NCBI GenBank assembly: GCA_043228905.1 | Contig: JBHGNT010000006.1 | Span: 9,114,001-9,178,000, forward strand | Direction: 5' to 3' | Source of the DNA: Azolla caroliniana | Taxonomy: Eukaryota; Plantae; Polypodiophyta | DNA: 64,000 nt | Shown here: piece by piece, positions 51,997-64,000 of the stretch | Position numbering within the stretch: position 1 is the stretch's first letter | Layout: each line of letters begins with the position of its first letter | Made by a program: the position numbers and the translations under genes | Notes under the pieces: model-generated | The model's database searches: none | What the model saw: only the letters and a program-made list of their open reading frames with translations | Told to the model about the DNA's origin: nothing

Positions 51997-54900
51997 TTAA
52001 TCCCCCTCAGAACCATCTACATAGAGGTTGGACATGATTGCAAATGATGCAGATTGGATGCCATCCAAGGTAACTAATTTCTCAAAGACTTGTTTCCCAA
52101 GCTTTATGTTACCCCATTTGGAGCAAGCACTCAGAATGGTATTCAACAATACATCATCAGGTTGAATAGGCATTGAATTTATCAGCTCCACAGCTTCTTC
52201 AAGGCGTCCAGCACGACCCAGGAGGTCAAGCATACAACTATAATGCTGTATTGATGGACTTAAACCATAAACTTTACTCATCGCCTTAAAGTAGATCTGC
52301 CCTTTTTGTACTAACCCAGCATGGTTGCATACTGAAAGAACATTGAGAAAGGTTCCCTCGTTTGGTTTTACTTTCTGATTGAGCATCATCTCAAAAGTGT
52401 CAATGACACGTTCAATTTCACCTTGGCGAGCATAGCCCATAATTAGGGCATTCCACATAGCCAAGTCCTTATTGGGCATTGCATTAAATACATTTTGGGC
52501 ATCAAACATGCATCCACAATTGCAATACATGTTAAGAAGAGCTGTAGATTCATGAACAAGATGAATTAAATTGGTTTCTGATTGAGTCAGACACATTTGT
52601 ATGTGCACATATTTTCCTCTATTCAAGGAAACTTTGGTGCTGCATGCTTTTAGAACACTTAGAAAGGTTACATTATCTGGTAGGACGCCTTGTTCTTGCA
52701 TCGTTAAAAATGTCCTAAAAGATTTATCGCTGTCTACTTGTCCAGCATATCCTAGGATTACAGCATTCCATGAGAGAAGATCTGGAAACACGGCCTGTAG
52801 CTGCATCTGATAGAAACAATTCATTGCTTCAGCGCAAAAACCTTGCTCAGCATACCCAGAAATAAGTGATGTCCATGAGACCAAGCTCTGGATAGGCAAT
52901 TTATTAAAAATATACAGTGCTTCAGCAAGTAAGCCACATTTTGCATACATATCCAGTAGCGTATTGCTCAAGAATATATCTTCTTCAAAATTCCTTGCAA
53001 TTATCTGCGCATGCAGCTGACTGCCAAGGTTTATGTCTTTAACAATGGCACAAGCTTTCAAGCAGCATACTAATGTCACCATGTCTGGTGATAAACCCTG
53101 TCTTTCCATGCAGTCAAAACATTCTAATACTTGCTCTCCAAGTCCTTCTTCAGAAAAACCAGCCATTAGAGCATTCCAAGATGCTTTTTCCGGAGAAGGC
53201 AATGTGTCTAGAACCTCTGTTGCTTCTCCAAAAGAGCAACATTTTGCATACATATAAATGAGAGCATTTATAACAAAAAGATCATATTCAAATCCTTTCT
53301 TTGTAACATCCATATGCACTTTCTGGCCTCTTTGTATAACTTTCAAGCTGCTAACTGCCTTGAGGCAACAAACTGATGTAAATGCATCTTGATAAACACC
53401 TTCTGATTCCATCTTTTCAATATGGTGCAATACAATTTCACCAAACCCTTGATCTGCATACCCTCCAAGCAACGCATTCCACAATACAGTGTCATGGCTT
53501 GGCAAACCATCGAAGATTTCTTGTGCTTCTACAAGCAAACCACATTTTGCATACATGTCCAGTAGGGCGCTACCCACGAAGGCATCTACTTCAAATCCCT
53601 CTCGGATAATCTCTTCATGTATTCGCCATCCTTTGTTTATGTCCATCAAGCTCCCACATGCTTTTAAGCAATAAAGAAACATTACAGCATCTAGGGGAAC
53701 CCCCTCAACTCTCATTCTCTCAGCACATTCAAGAGCTTCATCATTAAATCCGTTTTCAGTATAGCCCCCAAGCAAGACCGTCCATGAAACTGCATCTTGT
53801 TGTGCAAGGTTGTTGAAGATTCCTTGAGCATCTGTTAGGAAGCCATTTTTTGCATACATATCTATCAAAGCATTTGAAAGACATAGATCATGTTCATACC
53901 CCCCTTTGATAACTTGAGCATGTATCTCCTGACCTTGATCTATGTCTCCCATGTTACCGCATGCCTTTAGTATAAAAAGAAGCGTAATTGCATCAGGTGG
54001 GACACCCTCCACTTGCATTTGCTTCAAGCAAGATAGGGCCTCCTCTTCCATTCCATGGTTAGTATACCCAGCAATAAGAGCTGTCCAAGAGACAACATCT
54101 TTTCTGATAAGCTCATCAAACACTCCTTGTGCTTCTACGAGTGCACCACATTTAGCATACATATCTACTAAGGTACTACCAACTGAACAATCATTCTCAA
54201 GCCCTTCTTGGGCTATTTCAGCATGCAATTCTTCACCTGAGAATAGATCTTCAACAATAGCACAAGCTTTTAGGGTCGAGAAATATGTAACTTCATTTGG
54301 ATATATACCCTCTGATACCATTCTATGGAAAGAAAGTATAGCTTCTTCTCCAAAGCCATTATCGGTATATCCTGAGATGAGGGCAGTCCATGAAACAACA
54401 TTCCGATCAGGCATAGCTTCGAACACTTTGCATGCATCGACAAGTAGACCACATTTTGCATACATTGTAACCAAAGAGCTTCCAATATGTACGTCAGACT
54501 CACATTCTTGTTTAGCAACAAGGAGGTGCAATTCTCGGCCTTTCTTCAGAGACCTGAGACTTGAACATGCTTTCAAGAGGGCAATGAAAGTATATTTGCT
54601 CGGGCATACAAGCTCATCTTGCATCCTTTTGTATAGAGTAAAGGCATGTTGGAATTCTTTTCTTTGGATGAACCCTTGTATAAGAGAAGTCCAAGAGCAC
54701 TCTTGGCCATAACCAAGCCTATACAAAGCTTGATGGGCATCATTTAGATGCCCACAATCTATGAACACTGGGACAAGAAGATTCCCAATGACTTCATGGG
54801 TATCTAGTCCCATGCCACATATATGTAAATGCAAATCTCTCAATTTCTCTCCACTCTTCACCTCTCGGCATCTCTGCAAACGGAACAGAAAGTTGTCTAT

Positions 54901-55014
54901 TGCATGGTGGTGCTCAGTGATGTAGTGGGATGAAGGAAAGGTATGTCCATGGAAGGTAGCCTCTTTTTGCTGAGTCAAGACAAAGGTGTGTGAAAGGAGA
55001 GATTCCATGGCCAT
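51997..55014 (-). CDS. PLS-class pentatricopeptide repeat protein with E extension and no DYW domain (probable organellar RNA-editing factor)
   Basis: Intact intronless 1005-aa ORF; repeating triplets (LVDMYAKCG / VVSWTALI.GY / TF..LKAC); HYSCMLDLLGRAGRLEEA and E-motif ILSACSKWGN...MSNLY at the C-terminus. Confidence 0.95.
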   Translation of the reverse strand: MAMESLLSHTFVLTQQKEATFHGHTFPSSHYITEHHHAIDNFLFRLQRCREVKSGEKLRDLHLHICGMGLDTHEVIGNLLVPVFIDCGHLNDAHQALYRLGYGQECSWTSLIQGFIQRKEFQHAFTLYKRMQDELVCPSKYTFIALLKACSSLRSLKKGRELHLLVAKQECESDVHIGSSLVTMYAKCGLLVDACKVFEAMPDRNVVSWTALISGYTDNGFGEEAILSFHRMVSEGIYPNEVTYFSTLKACAIVEDLFSGEELHAEIAQEGLENDCSVGSTLVDMYAKCGALVEAQGVFDELIRKDVVSWTALIAGYTNHGMEEEALSCLKQMQVEGVPPDAITLLFILKACGNMGDIDQGQEIHAQVIKGGYEHDLCLSNALIDMYAKNGFLTDAQGIFNNLAQQDAVSWTVLLGGYTENGFNDEALECAERMRVEGVPLDAVMFLYCLKACGSLMDINKGWRIHEEIIREGFEVDAFVGSALLDMYAKCGLLVEAQEIFDGLPSHDTVLWNALLGGYADQGFGEIVLHHIEKMESEGVYQDAFTSVCCLKAVSSLKVIQRGQKVHMDVTKKGFEYDLFVINALIYMYAKCCSFGEATEVLDTLPSPEKASWNALMAGFSEEGLGEQVLECFDCMERQGLSPDMVTLVCCLKACAIVKDINLGSQLHAQIIARNFEEDIFLSNTLLDMYAKCGLLAEALYIFNKLPIQSLVSWTSLISGYAEQGFCAEAMNCFYQMQLQAVFPDLLSWNAVILGYAGQVDSDKSFRTFLTMQEQGVLPDNVTFLSVLKACSTKVSLNRGKYVHIQMCLTQSETNLIHLVHESTALLNMYCNCGCMFDAQNVFNAMPNKDLAMWNALIMGYARQGEIERVIDTFEMMLNQKVKPNEGTFLNVLSVCNHAGLVQKGQIYFKAMSKVYGLSPSIQHYSCMLDLLGRAGRLEEAVELINSMPIQPDDVLLNTILSACSKWGNIKLGKQVFEKLVTLDGIQSASFAIMSNLYVDGSEGD

Positions 55015-56299
55015 GTACAGAGCACATACACATCATCGTAAGGGAGAACAGGGCGGCAGCAGCAGCAGCATCCCCTGTTTTTTTCCAACATATGAGATAT
55101 GTACATATACATACATATCTAGTACATCACTATTTTCTTTTCAACTCATTAAAATCATTGGGCATACATATACTGTATACATATACATTCAATTTATATC
55201 ATTATGGGCTACATGCACTCAACGTTCAGCATTATTATATAGATAATAGGATATATATATATATATATATATATAATTGGGTACGAGATTTACCTTACGC
55301 TTGCCCATATCTCATCTAGGGGGCTCATCATTTCGCTGAAGTTCTATTTTGTATACATCATATCTGTCATTGGTTTTGACAACCCATCATTGCACATGAT
55401 TTTGTCTATTCTTAAGCTATATGGTTTGATAGAGATCATATGACTTAGCTCGGTTGTATGTTATTTGTTTAGAGTTTATAATGGTCTCATATCACTAATC
55501 TTGGGTTGCCCATGATTGGTGTAGATATATGTTCTTGTGGCTCAATATGAGTAACCTTGGGTTTGCCCATGATCTTTAGTTTAGGGTTATCTTAACATGA
55601 TGACTTGATAGAATAAGCTTGAAGCTTACCATAATCCCATCTAGAGTTATGTTATAATTATTCATGTAGAAGTTCTATAGAGAATAGCAATGCAACATAA
55701 TAGAGATAATAAAAGTTCTATGTAGAATAGGATTTTCATCATCCACGACGAGGCCAAATTTGACCCATGGGACCAAATAAAGATACATATTGCATGTGAC
55801 TCAAAGTTATTAAGAGCAAGGAAATTAAACTTGTTGATGTGTATTTGGTATTAGCTTTAGAGTTTGCTTAGTTGGTTCATTAGTATTTGTTAGTATTCTT
55901 AGGGGCGTATTGACACCCACTTCAACTTGACTCTCCAAATATAAAGTAGACTATTTCCTAGCCTCGTATATTAGATTCTAGGTTTAATTAGGTAAGATTG
56001 ACTAGAACAATGTCAGGTAAGCCCACTAAAGTTATTGACATTGGCACCACTATTGGGGATTAGGACAATGCTCAAAGCCTTCACTTGAGTTTTTGTTAAC
56101 ACGTGTATTAAACGAATGCCTGGAAGTGTGCAGAAAGACTTATTAGAAAGAGAAATCAAGGAGCTCTCTATAACCATTTTTTAACGTAAAAACGCATAGG
56201 TTTAACTCCATAGTATGCTTAAGGACCCTCCACATACACGTAATCACATGATTATAGCTTTGTAATAACTTATCAACTCAAGAAAACGAAGGATATGCT

Positions 56300-57215
56300 T
56301 TTTAATGCATGGAATGAGATTGAGAAAATTCAAAACATGTTTTTAAAGAGGCAATTAGGAGTTAAATGCACTACCTCTTACCAGGTTATGCTCTTGGAAA
56401 CCAGTGTTTGACCCATAGAACTATTGGCACTCCAAAGAGTATATAAATACATCACAAAAGTCAAGAATATGCCGAATCATCGATTACCACATCTTGCTTG
56501 GAATGTTAGATGTAAGCTACAAAAGCATCATAAAAGTAAGATTGTCTCATTCAGTTGGGTTGTTGACATAAGGAAATCGTTTAGAAGATGGGGTTTGGAT
56601 GATCTTTTAGAGCTTTCGGGGCAATGCTATGCAGTATGTAATGATTGAGGAAAGGTTGGTGGAATCATTAAGGATGAAGTGGGAAGATGATAAGAGGACA
56701 AAGCTAGAATACTACATTGCAAATGTCAACCCTGAATGTTGGTCTCAATATAAAGCAAGAATGTCTATTGATCATATCCAACCTTATCTCATTACCAATA
56801 TGAGTAGTAATGCTCGTAGAGCCCTTACACTACTTTGCACTCGATCTCACAAGTTAGGTATTGAAGTTGCCTCATGGTATCAAAATGTAACTAATTTGAA
56901 GACATGCAAAGTATGCAATGAAGGCATGGTAGAGGATAAATGTCACTTGCTCTTCACATGCTCGACCTATAGTGTTATTCATTCAAGACATGCTGACATA
57001 CTAAGAGGGAGTGATAACTTAAGTGCCACACTTAAGACACCACTAAGAAGGTTGACCTCATATATGTATGCTTTATTCACACATAGAGACTTTGTGCTTC
57101 AATGTATGAATACCCCTTCTTAGGAAGGAGACACATATCAAGAACACATGTATACTTTGGTCTCATAGGTCAAATTTGGCCTCTTTATAGACAATAAATA
57201 TTCTAATTCTAATTG
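56300..57215 (+). mobile_element. 3' fragment of a different RTE-X-like LINE
   Basis: KNMPNHRLPHLAW; LCTRSHKLGIE...CKVCNEGMVEDKCHLLFTC; AATAAA followed by an (ATTCTA)n tail. Confidence 0.8.
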
Positions 57216-57219
57216 TAAT

Positions 57220-58200
57220 AATCCATGCTTCAACTAAGGTTTTCCCATTCTTTGCAAACTATGGATTTCACCCTCATTTCAGCATTTCCATTCCTGCAAG
57301 TTCGGCCAATCCTTCGGTAGAGACACATGCCCACACTTTACACAATTTCCATCATGACCTCTCCCTAGAGCTCCATATCGTTGGCGACTAGTATAAAGAT
57401 CAGGCTAATCGACATCGCTTGGCCACACCTACATTTGTAGTCGGGGATATGGTTTGGTAGTTATGTCGCCACACCACCACCACACGTCCCTACGCAAAAT
57501 TGGACTACAAAAAGCTAGGCCCCTTTCGTATCAACCAAGTTGCCTTCCGGTTAGCACTTCCACCAACATTCAAGATTCACAATGTTTTTCATGTTTCCCT
57601 CCTTGAAATCTACCATCCTTCTCGAATTTCGAGACGACAACCTCCTCCACCGCCACCTGTGGAATTACTGACAAGGGAGGAATACAAGGTTGACCAGCTC
57701 CTCGACTCCGCTATCATCATCAACAACTCTAATATTTAGTCTTATGGAAAGGATACCCCATTTCAGACGCCCCATGGGAACCAGTTACACATTTACAAAA
57801 TGCTCCAAAGGCCATTTGTCAAGAGTTTCATCAACAATACCCACATAAACCGACTGCAAGTCCTGGGAGGCAGCATCAGAGGGGGGATAATGTCATAGAC
57901 AAGATGCCACGATGGAATGTAAGGGGTTGAACCCATGACCTCTTAGTCTTATTGGGCAACCTTACCAATTGAGCTACATCCATCTAAGTTTGTATTGTAT
58001 AATATTCAACTTATTATATTATAGATTAATCACTAGAACTTTCAAGAAACTTCTAGAGAATGCATCTTCATGCACTCTCTAGAAGTTTCCTAGCTTACAT
58101 GCATACCTCCAAATTCTTGTATAAATACTTGGGTGCACCTTGATTACAATCAAGGTGAACAACACCAATTACGGAAGCATAATATATGTTCTTGTTCTCT

Positions 58201-58274
<74 letters not shown>
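57220..58274 (+). mobile_element. 3' end of a chromovirus (gypsy): integrase C-terminus, chromodomain, PPT and LTR
   Basis: LGPFRI...IHNVFHVSLL; chromodomain EEYKVDQLLD...YLVLWKGY...WEP; PPT AGAGGGGGGATAA at 57878-57890; LTR starts TGTCA at 57891, with TATAAATA at ~58120 and a (CT)n tract. Confidence 0.88.
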
Positions 58275-58275
<1 letters not shown>

Positions 58276-59721
58276 TTGGCCTCGTCTGTGATAGTTGGAG
58301 GTGCTTGTCGGGCACAATGTCGTCATCGAGTTCGCTCTATGCCGCATCATGAACATTTCGCCACGATCGTCGTAGTCAGATTTTGAGGCGTAGTTGGTGA
58401 ATTGTCATCTTGTGAAGGCCGACTCACTCTTCTTCTTCCGACACTTTGCCTCGTAGTGGCTGAATTTACCACAATATCCTCACTGGACGGAGTTGTTTTG
58501 TCGGCTGGTCTGGCATGATTGCTCCCCCTTCTTCCAGACACTCCGCCTCACGCATTTGAAACGGCTTGCCGGTAGTAGAAGTTGTGTTCTTGGGGTTGTT
58601 CTTGGTTGTGTCGGTCTTGGTTGAATTGGCCTCTTCTTCCACGACCTTGTCCTCTTCCTCCATCGAAATTCGAATAGAGCATGTGTCCTTCTTGCACATT
58701 GCTTCTTGTCTGAACGTGATTTTTTTTTACCAGCAGCATCGACTAGAGATCGAAGGAGGGAGAGTTCTCCCTCGCGAGGACGGTTGACCTTATTGCACCG
58801 AACCGAGACGCTAGGCCACCGAGGCATATCTGTACCATTTCATCATCGTCGATGCTGACATTGATGGACCCAAGGGCCTCACACAACTCCTTGATCTTTA
58901 AGGTGTAGATGATGATCGACATGTCCCTCTATGCAACCGTGTTGCCCGCTAAAATTCTCTTGAGGTTCCCCCACACCTCCTTTGGCGTTTTGGCCTCTCG
59001 GATGTAGCCGAGCATGTGATCATGAACGCATGATGCAAGGTAGTACAACACACAACTCGCCGCTTGCTCCCAAGTTGGGTAGTTGGCATGTGTTGGGTTG
59101 GGTTGTGTTTCTTGTGCTCCTTCAACATAACTCCAATACCCTTGGGCGACAAGGTATTGGTGCGTCTTGTACTCCCAAGACACAAAGTTATTTCTGTCAA
59201 GTTTCTCGATGGGAAGAGCAATTCCCATCTAAGTATTCATGTTGACTGATTGGTATGGTGCGAGTTTTCTTCTTCTTCTTCTCTTGATACGAATTGTGCA
59301 GGTTGTTGCTACAACGATTGGCCAGTTCTCCGTGAACGTAGGCTTAGACACAACACATGTGGATGGGCTTGGATAAGGCTACAAAGCGCTCTGATATCAT
59401 GTAAATAATCATGAGTGATTCTGTGCAGTGGAAGGTGTGTGTATATATATAGAGAGAAATAGAGTTATACAAAAAACAAGAAAAACTGTATTAACGAGAA
59501 TAAGAATGCACCAACAATTACAAGGAGGACAAAGTTGCTTATGTAGTCACCTTCTCTCTATACAACCACCACTTACTAAAGAGAGGTGTAGAGTTAACTA
59601 CACTAAATATGTGTCATAGAACTTGACACACTAGTTACTATATTAGGAGGTGGGGTGTTCACACACTTGAGTATACTAAGGTGTGTTCCCACACTAGGGA
59701 AGTTGAGTTTGATTCTCAACA
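58275..59721 (-). mobile_element. Ty1/copia fragment (5' LTR, PBS, gag)
   Basis: LTR 59721-59400; PBS TGATATCAGAGC at 59399-59388; gag MGIALPIEKLDRNNF, related to the copia at 28808. Confidence 0.88.
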
Positions 59722-61132
59722 CCTCTTTTACAAAATGTTTGTCCCTCTTTCACATTGAGGTAGCAATTTGGCCTATAGCTCTAGAACAAGGTTTTTTCTA
59801 TTCCTCTTTTTTGCTTGTCTTATGTTTATTCTTTAGTATCTTTGCCAATGTTAGTGTCTTCGTGAGTGATGTGTTGTGATATCTATATCAAGGGCTTAAC
59901 AATACCCATAAATTTAAGTATGGCCCTATATCATGTATGTTGACATATGAGAAGACATGTGACTTGAGGTTCCCTCCGATCATTGATGGAATGAGTGTGC
60001 CACTCCCCACTTAGAAACAAGAATGAGGTCTTATTATGTATTGATAAAAATATGCAGCAATGGAGAAATTAAATGTTGGGTTCTTAAGAAATATCTATTT
60101 GGCACATTGGTAACACCCGTGCTTCTCTTTAGGATAGAAAAATGAGGTAATAACATCCCTATGTTTACTTGGAAAAAGTTTGAAAATATCCAAAAGCATT
60201 TTTATTATGACGTTTTTTCTAGTCAAGCCACAAATGCTCATATTTTTTGAGAGCAAGAAGTGGTGATTGAGTACATTCTTAAGGGTTAAAAATACTTCAT
60301 ATCGACTTCTTATAATCACATGGGAAGCAATTAAAAATATTCAAAAGACACAAAACAAAACTTTGGGTTCTTATGGAATCCAAGATATGAAGAAATGTGT
60401 TTGGGAAATGGGATGTGTCACATTTGCTTCATAATGCATCAACAAATCCCTTCGAGAATAAGGCTTTTATGAGAACCAATGCATTGTAACTCGGGAAGGA
60501 TGTGGGAGGCTCACATTTCACACATTATATTGCAAATGTTGCACCGAACTACGGAACCATCTTCTTCACAGAATAAAGAAACCACACTCATCGATAAATT
60601 CTAGAGCCCATCCCTCTACCCTTCATCCACACCTCTGCTTACAACACAACTTAAGTCACCTTCTCTTTCAATGTGAGACTGAGGGTCAGGGCACAAGCGA
60701 GGAGACATGCACATTTTGCCCTAAACAAAAGTATCACCGTTTGTTACAATGCTATCTGACTGACTTTGATCGCATTCAGCTATGCTTGTTCCACACATCT
60801 TTGAACCAACCCAATGTTGGTACCGACACACTCGGACTCTCCGACACTACACACTCACACTCACTCTGTATTAGTGAAGTTTTCTAAACCATAGAGAGAG
60901 TTAGTTCACTATGTATATACATAAATACTCACTCTATTGAGTGGGAAGACATACCTACACCTTCACTTTGGCTCTCTCAGATTTTGCTCTCTCTCTCTCT
61001 CTCTCTCTCTATTAATCTCATTGTTACCCTTTTCTTCTCACTGCATCCTGTTTCTCTTCTTCTTCTTCTTCTTCTTCTTCTTCCGATTGCTTCAACAGGT
61101 TCTCTGTGTCTTTTGCATCTCCTTCCTCAGCT

Positions 61133-62339
<1,207 letters not shown>

Positions 62340-62475
62340 TAGTAATTGCCTGATGTTTCTAAATTAGTCCAACTTTGTATTCTTCACCATAAACCATATA
62401 TCCCAGGTAGTTTGTATTCAAATTCGCTCCCTTTCAGACTGTCCCTCCAAGACTCCAAAGGTAGATTTATATCTA

Positions 62476-62788
62476 GGGAAAAGTACCAGGATACCCCTGG
62501 AAGTTCGTCTATTTACCATAATGCCCCTGGAAGTTCCAAATTTACCAAACTACCCCTATGTCCAAAAAATTACACTTTATAAAGTAATTATACACTCAAA
62601 TCTACAAGCCCTATTTACCAAAAATGGAAGAGATGAACCTGAACTAGCCCTATTTACCAAAGATTTGAGTGTATAATTACTTTATAAAGTGTAATTTTTT
62701 GGACATAGGGGTAATTTGGTAAATTTGGAACTTTCAGGGGCATTCTGGTAAATAGATGAACTTCCAGGGGTATCCTGGTACTTTTCCC
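62476..62788. mobile_element. Mutator-like MITE (fold-back) in UBC intron 2
   Basis: TIRs of ~125 bp starting GGGAAAAGTACCAGGATACCCCTGG; perfect 9-bp TSD TTATATCTA. Confidence 0.93.
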
Positions 62789-62955
62789 TTATATCTATTA
62801 CCATTGAAATGATTGTGTTTTTGCTATATTGAATGTATTTAGTCATATTGATGAATGCTTTATCATGTGAATTGTATTTGTCACAGTTATTATGTTTTCT
62901 TGTAGATGTATTTGTATCATTTTCTCTCTTAAGAATAAAGTTCATGTGTTAGTAT

Positions 62956-63725
62956 TAGCAATGGGCATGGTTTCGGCTCAAACCGATCCGAACGGTTAAG
63001 CCATTGTTTAACGGTTTATTGGTTCCAAAAATTTTTAATGGTTTGGTTTGGATTTTTGATAAACGGTTCGGTTCGGTTCTAAAACTTGGGTTTATAGGTT
63101 TTTGGTTAACTTTTTTTTTACCTTAATAGTTTATTAATTTAATGGTTTTATATTGATTTAATTAATTAAACTTAAATGTTTATTTAATTTAATGGTTCAA
63201 TTAAAGTTTCTTTTATTGATTTAATAAATTTAGCTTAAATGCTTATTTAATTTAATGTATTTTTGTTTATTTAGATGTTTAATTAGTTTGATTCATAGTA
63301 TGAACCATACGTGCATTCACATTCGTGAATGTTTCAATCATTCGCATAAGAAAAACACCCTCAAAGAATGATAAATACCATACTTTTGGATTAACTATTT
63401 ATTATGAGGTAAATAAGCCTAAAAAGTGAAAAAAAACAAAAAAAAACAAAAAAAAACATTAAAAAATTGGGAAAAAGCAACAAAAAAAACACAAGAATGT
63501 TTGAATATCATTCGCATTCGTTTTCCAACGTAGGAAACGAATGTTATGCTAGACGAACACAAATTTTACGTACTATGGTTTGATTTAAAGGTTAGGTTAA
63601 ATTTTTTTATTAAATGGTTCGGTTTGGTTTCGACTTTTCCCTAAACGGTTTGGTTTGGTTTTTGTTTTATATAAACGGTTCGGTTCAAACCGAACCGAAC
63701 CGAAACCAAACTGTGCCCATTGCTA
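62956..63725. mobile_element. hAT-type MITE in UBC intron 2
   Basis: TIR TAGCAATGGGCA / TGCCCATTGCTA; 8-bp TSD GTTAGTAT / ATTAGTAT; AAACCG motifs. Confidence 0.85.
63294..63577. mobile_element. Small hAT-type element nested in the previous MITE
   Basis: TIR CATAGTA / TACTATG; perfect 8-bp TSD GTTTGATT; ATTCG/CGAAT subterminal motifs. Confidence 0.85.
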
Positions 63726-64000
63726 ATTAGTATCACAAGGATTTTATTTGGTATAGTTACTATCTTCTCTCTATATCTAGAGATATTCCTGCTTGGAGGA
63801 TTGTATTGTGGTGTAGTTGTTATGTTTTCTTTAGATGTAGATATATTACTGCAATCTAAGAGCAAACTTGTAGCTTGTGATGATTGTATTCTGATGTTAT
63901 TTCTTTTATATTCTTTTGATACATATATAGATGCTTCACATGTTTTTCTAGAGAGACTAGTTAGTAGGACTGTAAGTTGATTTAATACTTATGTTTTCAT

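Noticed and set aside
53942-54712. 256-aa plus-strand ORF
   Set aside because: Antisense shadow of the PPR coding sequence.

Overview
Land-plant nuclear DNA; a fern-like seed-free plant is inferred from the TE and PPR types, not proven. Four host genes can be read. (1) A 20-exon armadillo-repeat kinesin (ARK, minus strand, 3656-12665). (2) The autophagy receptor NBR1 (plus, 40020-49185); its real start lies in a first exon with only 18 coding nt, followed by a 6-kb TE-filled intron. (3) An intronless PLS-E class PPR gene (minus, 51997-55014). (4) The first two exons of a UBC8/9/10-type E2 enzyme (plus, from 61133). The ~27 kb between the divergent ARK and NBR1 starts is a deep nest of transposons: MULE pieces (one with a Ulp1-like protease), a hAT-like shell, a non-coding LTR element, a gypsy element and a copia element. 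RTE-X-like LINEs, solo LTRs and MITEs occur elsewhere. The most unusual signals are (a) tRNA-like Pol III A/B-box modules inside the LTRs of up to three unrelated retroelements and as free-standing units, (b) a gypsy element with a second aspartic protease after the integrase C-terminus and an unknown ORF before the 3' LTR, and (c) intronic echoes of exon ends in three genes. Coordinates were read by eye; TE boundaries are approximate unless a TSD is quoted.
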